NCBI GenBank assembly: GCA_964590105.1
Contig: CAZPYM010000004.1
Coordinates: 52,198 to 116,197, forward strand
DNA from: an uncultured Gammaproteobacteria bacterium
GTDB lineage: Bacteria; Patescibacteriota; Patescibacteriia; UBA11705; JABHMO01
DNA: 64,000 bases
Reading direction: 5' to 3'
The translations under genes were made by a program, and so were the position numbers. The notes below the pieces were generated by a model, which saw only the letters and a list, made by a program, of their open reading frames with translations, was not told where the DNA came from and made no database searches. Shown here one piece after another: positions 9,922-18,505 of the stretch (position 1 is the stretch's first letter; each line of letters begins with the position of its first letter).

Positions 9922-9947
9922 AAAAGGCTGTCTTTCGACAGCATAAG
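9922..9947 (-). terminator. rho-independent terminator-like hairpin (gctgtc-tttc-gacagc) followed by a T-run on the minus strand
   Basis: Perfect 6-bp stem read directly. Downstream of the 9961..10281 ORF. Confidence 0.35.
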
Positions 9948-9960
9948 GTTAAAGCTAAAC

Positions 9961-10281
9961 TCATTTTAAAAACGCTTTGATCTGATCGTCGCTCAATCCA
10001 CCCGACATACCACCGATAGCGTTTGACAAACCCGAAGCTTGATTGTCGGTACCCTGGAGCTGACCGACGGAACCTATCACCTGCTTGTATGAATTCGCCG
10101 CCTGCTGAAAATAAGGCATGGCGTAAATGATCGCCAACACAATCGGCACGACAATTAAAACTAATTTAATAATTCCAAATACTTGCTGAAAAATAATATA
10201 GCGCCTGATTTTTTGGGTCATCTCATGAATCTCTCTGGTATATTCCAAGTTTTTGTACAAAAGTTTTTTTAGCTCTTCCAT
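9961..10281 (-). CDS. hypothetical small membrane protein with Gly/Ser-rich C-terminal tail
   Basis: 106 aa with one central TM helix. No recognisable family. No SD upstream. Confidence 0.3.
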   Translation of the reverse strand: MEELKKLLYKNLEYTREIHEMTQKIRRYIIFQQVFGIIKLVLIVVPIVLAIIYAMPYFQQAANSYKQVIGSVGQLQGTDNQASGLSNAIGGMSGGLSDDQIKAFLK

Positions 10282-10334
10282 ATATAAATATAAAAATCAC
10301 AAGTCACAAACAACAAATTACAAACAATAAAGCG

Positions 10335-10425
10335 GAAAAAGGTGAAAGTTAAAAGATAAAAGGTAAAAGTTAAAATCGAAATTCAGTTTACACAATTAAC
10401 CTAATTAACTTAATTAACTTTCCTA
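10335..10425. repeat. composite intergenic repeat: (g)gtaaaag units, then tcgaaattcagtttacacaattaacc, then a taattaact array
   Basis: Near-identical composite copies at 20163-20262 and 36428-36580. A reverse-orientation copy lies upstream of the plus-strand SPFH gene (59570-59700). The ttaattaact arrays alone occur at 4729-4790 and 5305-5493. Confidence 0.6.
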
Positions 10426-10470
10426 CATTAACCCGAGCGAGGAGGAACGACGAGTCGAGGGTCGCGTTTT

Positions 10471-11157
10471 TCACCGCACCCGACAATCGAGGAACCACTC
10501 TTTGAACGGCTGCAAAATCTCATTAAGTTCCCTCTTAGTATAGGTTTTTTCAGAAGTAAAATTCTGATTGACCAGCTTGGCGGACGGACGAAATTGCTGC
10601 AGATAATACTTGCGCGATCCCTTGAGCTGCTGCGCCATCGCTTCAATATCCTCATGGGAATGCAGCGCTGGCAGCACGGTAGAACGAAATTCATAATCAA
10701 TCTTGCCCTGCTTTAATATCATAACACTTTTTTTGATTTTTGATAAGTCTATCGGCCGGCAAACAACTTTGGCGTATTTACGCCAGGGCGCTTTTATATC
10801 CATGGCTGCGTAGTCAACTAATTTTTTATCAATCAACTTTTGCAAAACTTCAGGATTTTGTCCGTTAGTGTCAATTTTAATTAAATATCCAAGTTTTTTT
10901 ATTTTTGTTAAAAAAGAAATAAGCCCGGTCTGAATAGTCGGCTCGCCGCCGGTAATACAAACCGCATCAAGCAATGACTGGCGGCCTTTCAAAAACTTCA
11001 ACACTGTGTCAGTGGAAATAACCCGAGCAATTCCTTTTACAATATCCGGATTATGACAAAAAGAGCAGCGAAAATTACATCCTATGGTAAATATTGTCGC
11101 CGCTACTTTGTCTGGATAATCAAGTAAAGTTGTCTTTTGGAGTCCGCCAATAAGCAT
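10471..11157 (-). CDS. nrdG: anaerobic ribonucleoside-triphosphate reductase activating protein (radical SAM)
   Basis: CNFRCSFCHNPD radical-SAM CxxxCxxC cluster near the N-terminus. ~228 aa. Immediately downstream of the nrdD pieces. Confidence 0.8.
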   Translation of the reverse strand: MLIGGLQKTTLLDYPDKVAATIFTIGCNFRCSFCHNPDIVKGIARVISTDTVLKFLKGRQSLLDAVCITGGEPTIQTGLISFLTKIKKLGYLIKIDTNGQNPEVLQKLIDKKLVDYAAMDIKAPWRKYAKVVCRPIDLSKIKKSVMILKQGKIDYEFRSTVLPALHSHEDIEAMAQQLKGSRKYYLQQFRPSAKLVNQNFTSEKTYTKRELNEILQPFKEWFLDCRVR

Positions 11158-11249
11158 AAAAATCCATGGTGAGTAGTGAGTGAAAAACAGGGATCTACCC
11201 TAATTTCTAGTTCCCAATTTCCAGCTTCCACCTATCTTCTTTATCCTAT

Positions 11250-11396
11250 TCAAATTTTTGTTAAAACTTTGTTAAATGTTTTACGATCGTTGAATTCTGC
11301 TTTTTTACCGTCGTTCCAACGATGAATCGGACTCAGATAACCAACTACCCGAGAATAAACTTCACATTTTTGTCTTTGCAGTTTTTGTAATGACAT
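11250..11396 (-). CDS. mini-ORF (48 aa) encoding the class III RNR glycyl-radical motif, detached from the nrdD body
   Basis: Hand translation gives MSLQKLQRQKCEVYSRVVGYLSPIHRWNDGKKAEFNDRKTFNKVLTKI. The RVxGYL...WNxGKxxE..R pattern matches the C-terminal glycyl-radical region of NrdD (T4/E. coli type RVCGYLG...). Strong SD (AAGGAGGAG) 4 nt upstream of the ATG. Below the 60-aa cutoff of the ORF track. Confidence 0.5.
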   Translation of the reverse strand: MSLQKLQRQKCEVYSRVVGYLSPIHRWNDGKKAEFNDRKTFNKVLTKI

Positions 11397-11495
11397 ATCT
11401 CCTCCTTTTTTTTACGCCGACGCGCGAACCAGCCACGAACAACCGATAAGCTTTGCCTTGGCGCATGTTATGAATTATGTTCTTTTTTGATAATT

Positions 11496-11678
11496 AATTA
11501 TTCTAATTATTCTAATTCCTCTAATTGCCCTAATTATTCTAAATAAGCTCCGGGCGCCAAATCCCAAATTTCAATTTTCAGATTCAGAAATTAGAATAAT
11601 TGGAATATTGGGATTTATTTAGGTTAATTATCCCAAAGGGATCACTTTGGGATAATAATTAGGTTAATTAGAATAATT
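11496..11678. mobile_element. MITE-like long imperfect palindromic element with ~22-bp terminal inverted repeats, inside the nrdD split
   Basis: Left arm aattattctaattattctaatt versus right arm aattaggttaattagaataatt (reverse complements match about 20 of 22). Central perfect hairpin tatcccaaag-ggatca-ctttgggata at 11626-11652. The internal halves are also mutually inverted. Confidence 0.4.
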
Positions 11679-11707
11679 TACTCAGCAAAAGTCAAACGTT
11701 CCTCGCG

Positions 11708-13786
11708 CTACGAGTTATTAATCACTGATTTTTGTTCTGTTTTTATTACTTTGTCAATATAGCCCATCTCTTCATCGCAGTAAGGACAGAATTCATGCTC
11801 ACCTTCAATATATCCATGCGTCGGGCAAACACTGAAAGTCGGCGTAATAGTAAAATATGGCAAACGAAAATTTTCCGCTATTTTTCTAACCAAAGATTTG
11901 GTGCTCTCGGCCGACGGAAGTCTCTCGCCCACAAAACCATGCAAAACAGTCCCGCCGGTATAACGCGTCTGCAAATCGTCCTGCAAGCGCAAAGCCTCAA
12001 AAATATCATCAGTATGGCCGACCGGCAGCTGGGTGGAATTGGTATAGTATGGAGCCGCCTTGGTGCTTTTGTAAGATTCTTCATTGGCAACTATTATGTC
12101 TGGAAATTCTTCCTTGTCAATCCGGGCAAAACGATAAGCCGTGCCTTCGGCCGGGGTGGCTTCAAGATTAAAAAGTTCATTGGTTTCATTTTGATAATCC
12201 ATCAGGCGCTCCCGCATAAAATCCAATATCTGGCGGGCGAATTTGTGGCCTTCCGGAGTGGTAATATCATTGCCCCCCCCTAACAGATTCAAACAAGCTT
12301 CATTAACACCATTTAAACCAATTGTATTAAAATGATTTTTCCAGTACTCACCGAATCTTTCTTTAATCCCACTAAGGTAATGCCTGGAATAAGGATATAA
12401 ACCTCCTTCAGTGAATTTTTCAAGCGCATTTCTTTTTATTTTCAAACTCTTTTTCGCGAGGTCCATCAGGTCAGCCAGCCGGCTGAAAAATTCTTCCTTG
12501 TCTTTTGATAAATAACCGAGACGTGGCATATTGATCGTGACTACGCCAATACTGCCGGTAAGAGGATTGGCGCCAAATAGTCCCCCGCCTCTTTTTCTGA
12601 GTTCACGATTGTCCAGGCGCAACCGGCAACACATACTCCTCGCATCTTCCGGTTTCATATCTGAATTAATAAAATTGGAAAAATATGGAATGCCATACTT
12701 GGCTGTCATAGCCATGATCTTTTCAATAATCGGCGCGTCCCAATCCCAGTCAGAAGTCACATTATAAGTGGGGATCGGCCAACTAAGCACTCGCCCCTTG
12801 CGGTCGCCCTCTGTCATCACTTCGACAAATGCCTGATTAAACATGTCCATTTCTTTTTGAAATTCGCCATAGGTCTCTTTTTGCGGCTCGCCACCAATAA
12901 TTACCGGCTCTTTTGCCAAAGTTGAAGGGACAAACAAATCAAGTGTTACATTTGTAAATGGGGTTTGAAAACCAACTCGCGTCGGCACATTGATATTGAA
13001 TAAAAACATCTGCACTTGCTGTCTGACTTGTTCGTAATTAAGTCCGTCATAGCGAATGAATGGCGCGGCCAAAGTATCCAGATTGGAAACAGCCTGAGCG
13101 CCGGCAGCTTCCCCCTGCAAGGTGTAGAAGAAATTAACCAGTTGACTAAGGGCGGTGGTGAAATGCTTTGGCGGCTTGCTTTCTACCTTGCCGCGCACAC
13201 CGCCAAAACCCCTCATTAATAAATCCTTGAAATCCCAGCCACAGCAATACGGAGCCAAAAGCTGTAAATCATGAATGTGAAGATTGCCTTTGGTATGAGC
13301 ATCTTTGATATCCGGCGAATATACTTTGTTCAGCCAATAATTGGTGCTGATGGATGAGGCTACGAAATTATTCAACCCTTGCAAAGAATAGTCCATGTTG
13401 CTGTTTTCTTTGACTTTCCAGTCCAGCTGCTTCAAATAGCTCTCCATCAACTCGTCCGAATTAATAAGCGACTTGATATCCCTCATCTTGGCATGCTGGT
13501 CGCGATAAATAATATAAGCTTTAACTACCTTGATCAGCTTGTTTTCAATCAGAATTTCCTCAACAATATCCTGAATCTCTTCGACAGCAGGGATAGATCT
13601 TTCGTGAAATTTTTGATTTAAACGCTCAACAACCTGATCTGCTATTTGTTCAGCTTTTCCCTTATCTGGCTGGCTGGTTGCCCTCATGGCATTGAAAACA
13701 GCCAGAGCAATTTTGCTCTGATCAAAATCAACAATCCGATCATCGCGCTTTCTGATCTGAATAATTTTGTTTGCAGTGTATACCAT
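11708..13786 (-). CDS. nrdD: anaerobic ribonucleoside-triphosphate reductase (class III), body lacking the glycyl-radical motif
   Basis: N-terminal ATP-cone (VYTANKIIQIRKRDDRIVDFDQSKIALAV). Large catalytic barrel. C-terminal Zn ribbon CPTHGY...CPYCDEE. No RVxGY glycyl-radical motif before the stop. Confidence 0.85.
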   Translation of the reverse strand: MVYTANKIIQIRKRDDRIVDFDQSKIALAVFNAMRATSQPDKGKAEQIADQVVERLNQKFHERSIPAVEEIQDIVEEILIENKLIKVVKAYIIYRDQHAKMRDIKSLINSDELMESYLKQLDWKVKENSNMDYSLQGLNNFVASSISTNYWLNKVYSPDIKDAHTKGNLHIHDLQLLAPYCCGWDFKDLLMRGFGGVRGKVESKPPKHFTTALSQLVNFFYTLQGEAAGAQAVSNLDTLAAPFIRYDGLNYEQVRQQVQMFLFNINVPTRVGFQTPFTNVTLDLFVPSTLAKEPVIIGGEPQKETYGEFQKEMDMFNQAFVEVMTEGDRKGRVLSWPIPTYNVTSDWDWDAPIIEKIMAMTAKYGIPYFSNFINSDMKPEDARSMCCRLRLDNRELRKRGGGLFGANPLTGSIGVVTINMPRLGYLSKDKEEFFSRLADLMDLAKKSLKIKRNALEKFTEGGLYPYSRHYLSGIKERFGEYWKNHFNTIGLNGVNEACLNLLGGGNDITTPEGHKFARQILDFMRERLMDYQNETNELFNLEATPAEGTAYRFARIDKEEFPDIIVANEESYKSTKAAPYYTNSTQLPVGHTDDIFEALRLQDDLQTRYTGGTVLHGFVGERLPSAESTKSLVRKIAENFRLPYFTITPTFSVCPTHGYIEGEHEFCPYCDEEMGYIDKVIKTEQKSVINNS

Positions 13787-14115
13787 ATATTAGTTACGGA
13801 TTTACAAATTTAGATCGTACCAATTATACAGGTTGAGTCTATTAACTTTTCATCAATCAATCTGCAAAATCTGTATATCGGTACCCCTAATAACAATAAA
13901 AAAATAGCCCCCTTAATTTGCTGCTCCTGTTTTAGAGTTCTTGCTTACATTATATATCAATTTCAAGCTTCATTCAAAATTATTAAAATAACTGCTCTTT
14001 CGCCTAAAATTTGGGGAATTACAAGTGTCGCCAAATCATTCTGAATAAAATAAATTTCAACTGTGGATAAGTTCTCGAATTATAAAAAAAAACAGACGAC
14101 GCTCGCCTGTCCTAC

Positions 14116-14469
14116 TTACAATAAATCAATGGTTTGCAAGAGAGCCAGGTGAAATCCTTCTTGTTTCAGGATGCCTCTCGCACAAAATATTTCGCTTAGA
14201 ATTGTTAATCTGTCTTTTTTAACATCTAAAATTATGCAGATCACTTTTGGGTCCTGTTTTCTCGCCCATTCAATGAGATCTGTGCCATGACGATGGTCTT
14301 GTAACTCCCAGTCAACTACCAGTACCTCAGGGGAAAAACGCAAAAAAGCGTTTTTCCCAGACGGAACATTGTTCGCAATTTCCACCTCGAATCCTTCATT
14401 TTCCAAAAATCCTTTTAGCGTTCCGGTGACATTTGACTGATCATCAACAATCAGGACTTTATTTATCAC
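14116..14469 (-). CDS. single-domain response regulator (CheY-like receiver)
   Basis: Acidic pair VDDQ. Phospho-acceptor Asp in LVVDWEL. ~117 aa with no output domain. No histidine kinase in the window. Confidence 0.65.
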   Translation of the reverse strand: MINKVLIVDDQSNVTGTLKGFLENEGFEVEIANNVPSGKNAFLRFSPEVLVVDWELQDHRHGTDLIEWARKQDPKVICIILDVKKDRLTILSEIFCARGILKQEGFHLALLQTIDLL

Positions 14470-14500
14470 AGCTCCCTCCTATCGCTAAAGAACAATCTTA

Positions 14501-15187
14501 TTATAACTCGTATATTACATTTTTACGTTCCACCACGACTGACCAATTGCGGCGCTTGGCTTCCTGATACAAAGTCAAAGTCGGATTGAAACATATTGGC
14601 TTGCCAACTATTTCAAGTAAATTGATATCGCTCTCACTATCGCCGACACCCCAGATATTTTGTTTTTCAATTTCAGAAAATTCCGGACGATTTATTATTT
14701 TTCGCGCAATACTGGCTTTGTCGCGCGGCACGTGCCGCATGGCGGTGTACCTGCCATCAATTTGTTCAATTGTCGCGCCATGGGACTCATGAATGCCCCA
14801 GGCTTCGGCAAACGGCTTTACAGCCTCTTCCGGCGAACAACTGATCGCGACCACGTACCAATTATCCCTAATTTTTTCTTTAATTAAATCTCGAGTATAA
14901 CGATAAACCAAATCTTTGTGCTCTTCAACCATTTCCCGCGCCAGCAATTCAAAGTCAGCAGCATATACTCCGGAAATTCTGTCTTCAAAAATTGTAATCA
15001 CTTTACTCAAATAATCATCATAACTGCCTTTGCGCTCGCGCCAGATTCTTTCCTCTTTTATAAAATGTTTTTTAATTGTCTGATTAAAAACCCCGACCTC
15101 TATCAATTTATCAATTAGATATAAAAATAATGACCAACGAAATAGCGTGCCGTCAATGTCTAAAAATAATAGTCCGCGATACTGCAT
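14501..15187 (-). CDS. HAD-superfamily hydrolase (subfamily IB-like phosphatase)
   Basis: Motif I FLDIDGTLF (DxDGT). Later GDSESD motif. 228 aa. Confidence 0.6.
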   Translation of the reverse strand: MQYRGLLFLDIDGTLFRWSLFLYLIDKLIEVGVFNQTIKKHFIKEERIWRERKGSYDDYLSKVITIFEDRISGVYAADFELLAREMVEEHKDLVYRYTRDLIKEKIRDNWYVVAISCSPEEAVKPFAEAWGIHESHGATIEQIDGRYTAMRHVPRDKASIARKIINRPEFSEIEKQNIWGVGDSESDINLLEIVGKPICFNPTLTLYQEAKRRNWSVVVERKNVIYEL

Positions 15188-15230
15188 AGTTTTATCAAAA
15201 AAAAGACGTTAATAGCGCCTCCTTTGGTAT

Positions 15231-15369
15231 CAAACCCAAAGCCCAAAACTCAAAATTCAAAGGAAATTCTAAATTCAAAATATAAAATCAAAAGTAACAC
15301 CTTGGAATTTTAAATTTTATTTTTGGAATTTCCTTTGTGCTTTGGATTTTGAATTTTGGGCTTTAAAAG
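15231..15369. mobile_element. long imperfect palindromic element (family with ttttgaattttgggctttgg-type arms)
   Basis: Left arm caaacccaaagcccaaaactcaaaattcaaagg and right arm cctttgtgctttggattttgaattttgggcttt are mutual reverse complements (imperfect). The inner halves ggaaattctaaattcaaaatataaaa and ttttaaattttatttttggaatttcc are also inverted. Related copies at 45951-46088 and 51775-51900. Confidence 0.4.
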
Positions 15370-16584
15370 TTACATCATTTTTCTCCGAATAAACGCCGGG
15401 ATTTCCAGATCCTCGTCATCGCCAGTGCTTGGTTCTGGTTCGATCATTACATCTTCCGGTTTAATTTTATCCGGATCTTCTTGTTCAGGCTCCAATGTTT
15501 TATGTTCTAATTCTTTGGCGTTGAATCCGGATTTTTCTTCTTGAAATTCTGCTTTTTCAATCGGCCGAGAAGCGGAAAAATAGCTTGGCGCGCCCTTTGG
15601 CTGGACTCGCAGTAAATGATTTTTTGTCGCTTGATTGTCAAACCCTGTCGCAACTACCGTTATTCTAATTTGATCTTTTAAATTTTCATCAATCACCGCG
15701 CCAAAAATAATCCTGGCGTCATTGTCAACTGATTCGGTAATAGTTTTGGCCGCTTCACTCACTTCATACATAGTAATGTCAGGCCCGCCCGTTATAGTGA
15801 AAATGATTCCTTTTGCTCCCTCGATTGAAAGCTCAAGCAATGGGCTAGCAATAGCTGCTTTGGCCGCCTCGATTGCCCTATTGTCACCGGAAGCTTCACC
15901 CATACCCATGAGCGCAGAGCCGCTGTTTTCCATAATTGTTTTTACGTCAGCAAAGTCAACATTAATAAGTCCGGGCATGGTAATCAGCTCTGAAATTCCC
16001 TGCACGCCCTGCCGCAAAACCTCATCTACCACGGCAAAAGCTTCCAAAAGCGGTGTTTTTTTATCAATTATTTGCCAAATTCTATCATTGGGAATTGTAA
16101 TTAAAGTATCAACGCGACTGCTCAGTTCATTTAACCCTTCCTCCGCGACCCTTCTTCTCGGCCCGCCTTCAAAAGAAAACGGCTTGGTAACGACAGCCAC
16201 AGTCAGAGCGCCAAGTTCTTTGGCGATTTCCGCGATTTTTGGTCCGGCGCCCGAGCCTGTGCCGCCACCGCACCCATAGGTGATAAAAACCATATCAGCA
16301 CCCTTGAGCATCTCTTTTAGCTCGTTTTGAGCCTCCTCAGCCGCCTTGCGACCGATAGAAGGATTCATACCCGCGCCAAGTCCGCGCGTAGTACTCTTGC
16401 CTATATGCATTTTACTGTTTGATAAACTAGCATGCAAAGCCTGAAGATCAGTATTTACAGCAATAAAATCAACTCCCTTTACGCGAGCTTGAATCATGCG
16501 ATTAATGGCAGAACCACCCCCTCCTCCAACGCCAACGACCTTGATCTTGGCGAAGGTCTGAATTTCCGGTTTTACTTCTGGCAT
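15370..16584 (-). CDS. ftsZ: cell division protein FtsZ
   Basis: Tubulin signature GGGTGSGAGP. N-terminal KIKVVGVGGGGGSAINRM. 404 aa with an acidic C-terminal tail. Confidence 0.95.
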   Translation of the reverse strand: MPEVKPEIQTFAKIKVVGVGGGGGSAINRMIQARVKGVDFIAVNTDLQALHASLSNSKMHIGKSTTRGLGAGMNPSIGRKAAEEAQNELKEMLKGADMVFITYGCGGGTGSGAGPKIAEIAKELGALTVAVVTKPFSFEGGPRRRVAEEGLNELSSRVDTLITIPNDRIWQIIDKKTPLLEAFAVVDEVLRQGVQGISELITMPGLINVDFADVKTIMENSGSALMGMGEASGDNRAIEAAKAAIASPLLELSIEGAKGIIFTITGGPDITMYEVSEAAKTITESVDNDARIIFGAVIDENLKDQIRITVVATGFDNQATKNHLLRVQPKGAPSYFSASRPIEKAEFQEEKSGFNAKELEHKTLEPEQEDPDKIKPEDVMIEPEPSTGDDEDLEIPAFIRRKMM

Positions 16585-16709
16585 AAGTAATGAGTGATGA
16601 ATAATGAATAGTGAGTGGTGAGTGTAAGCCTATTCTAGGTTCCCTTCTTCCACCTCTAGCTTCTTCCATCTTCTTTATCCTCTTGAAACACCACCTTATC
16701 ACAATGAAA

Positions 16710-17960
16710 TTAAGATATCAAATTTTTAAACCAGCCCTTCATTTTTTCGGCTACTTCGCGGACTGAACGTAATTGACTGGTTAAACCAAAGGTCTTTGGT
16801 CCTTTTTCGTTCATAGTATTGTAGCCCCACATCACGAGGCCTAGCGCAGTACAAAAGCTGAGGTCATTAACCTTGTCAACGGCCGTATTGAATCGACGGC
16901 TGCTACCAAGGGAAACCGGCAACATGGTTTTCTTTTTGCCAACTTCCACCATTCCGGCGAGCTTAGCGCCACCGCCAATTAAAATGATTCCCGCCGGCAA
17001 AAGTCCGCTGCGATTAATTTTTTGTAGCTCCTGATCGATTTTTGCAAATATTTCATCAACTCTGGCTTCGATAATTTCAGCAATATATTTTTTGGAAAAA
17101 ACCTGATCATCGCCGCCAAAATCCCGCAGATTTATTTCATTACCTTTTTCAAAATTTTGCGGCAAAGCGCTACCGAGCTCAATCTTGATGCGTTCAGCCA
17201 CGTCGAGAGAAGTCTGCAGGCCTATAGCGAGATCAGCGGTAATATGATCGGCTCCGATCGGCAGAACAGCCACATGAATTGCGTCACCTTCTTCGAACAC
17301 GCTGACTTTGGTTGTGGCTGCGCCAATATCAACCAGCGCCACTCCGAGTTCTTTTTGTCTGGTGGACAAAACTGCTTCTGCAGCTGAGAGACTCGACAGG
17401 ACTAAATCATTTATATCAATTCCAGTGCGATAAATGCATTTTGTTAAATTTTTAACTTGCGAACTCAAACCGCGCACCACTTGCGTTGTTACTTCGAGCC
17501 GTATCCCGGACATGCCAATGGGATCCTTGACGCCTGTCTGATTATCAATGGAAAATGTTTTTGGGATCACATGCAAAACTTCATAATTCACCGGCGCGGC
17601 CACAGCTCTTGCCGCTTCAATCACTCGCTCAACATCGTTTTCCTGAATTTCACCGCTGGTTCTGGAAATCGCAATCACGCCATTGCTTTCCTGCGAACTG
17701 ATATGCGTTCCACCAATGCCAACCCAGGCTGTTTCAATAGGCAGGCCAATCATGCGTTCAGCTTTTTCAAGGCAAGCTGAAATACTCGAGACAACGTCTT
17801 CGATGCTGACGACTGAACCTTTGTTTATTCCGAGAGAAGGCACTTCCACCACGCCGATAACATTCAACTGTTCATTGTCGCCTGACTTTGCCGTCTGGCC
17901 AATAACAATCCTGATGTTCGCCGACCCGATGTCTAATCCTGTAATTATATTTTCCGCCAT
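16710..17960 (-). CDS. ftsA: cell division protein FtsA
   Basis: Actin-like ATPase. N-terminal GLDIGSANIRIVIGQ. Located immediately upstream of ftsZ. Confidence 0.9.
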   Translation of the reverse strand: MAENIITGLDIGSANIRIVIGQTAKSGDNEQLNVIGVVEVPSLGINKGSVVSIEDVVSSISACLEKAERMIGLPIETAWVGIGGTHISSQESNGVIAISRTSGEIQENDVERVIEAARAVAAPVNYEVLHVIPKTFSIDNQTGVKDPIGMSGIRLEVTTQVVRGLSSQVKNLTKCIYRTGIDINDLVLSSLSAAEAVLSTRQKELGVALVDIGAATTKVSVFEEGDAIHVAVLPIGADHITADLAIGLQTSLDVAERIKIELGSALPQNFEKGNEINLRDFGGDDQVFSKKYIAEIIEARVDEIFAKIDQELQKINRSGLLPAGIILIGGGAKLAGMVEVGKKKTMLPVSLGSSRRFNTAVDKVNDLSFCTALGLVMWGYNTMNEKGPKTFGLTSQLRSVREVAEKMKGWFKNLIS

Positions 17961-18142
17961 AAATATTTAGTTGATTGGTTGACTAGTTGATTGATCTACT
18001 GAACGAAACGTTGGTTTCGATCAACAAATAAACTAATAAACAAAGAAACTCTGACTACATTATAATATACTTTTAGCAAAACACCAACAAGCGGATAAAA
18101 AACCCCAAACTTAGAGGCTTTTTCAAAGTTTTGTACACAATT

Positions 18143-18505
18143 TTAGTTCAGCCAAATTATCGGCCCGAATATGAGCAAAGCAACCGCTACGCTAGCCAAG
18201 GCGGTAATCAAAACTACAGCAGACATTATATCCTTTATTTCTTTTACATATTGATGTACTCTCGGCTGCAACATATCAACCAGCCGTTCAACAATTGTAT
18301 TCAGCATTTCCAAAATAAACACAGCGGTAATCATTAAGATTATCAAACACCATTGCCATGTTTTTATTTGAAAATAAACTGACAAAAAGATAACCGCAAT
18401 GGCGGCGATTAAATGCAGGCGAAAATTCTGTTCTTTCTTGATTACGGAAAACAAACCGCTAAAAGCGTTTTTAAAACTACGAAAAAGTTGCTTAATATTA
18501 ACCAT
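18143..18505 (-). CDS. dgkA: diacylglycerol/undecaprenol kinase family protein
   Basis: ~120 aa with three TM helices. Conserved ...LNTIVERLVD... region typical of the DgkA family. Overlaps the ybeY stop by 8 nt. Confidence 0.6.
   Translation of the reverse strand: MVNIKQLFRSFKNAFSGLFSVIKKEQNFRLHLIAAIAVIFLSVYFQIKTWQWCLIILMITAVFILEMLNTIVERLVDMLQPRVHQYVKEIKDIMSAVVLITALASVAVALLIFGPIIWLN

Noticed and set aside
11397-11707. Group I intron in nrdD (by analogy with phage T4 nrdD)
   Set aside because: Not rejected outright, but no P7/R-S-type conserved core motifs were recognisable by eye. The region has MITE-like terminal inverted repeats instead. It is kept as an alternative hypothesis under the split-nrdD finding.
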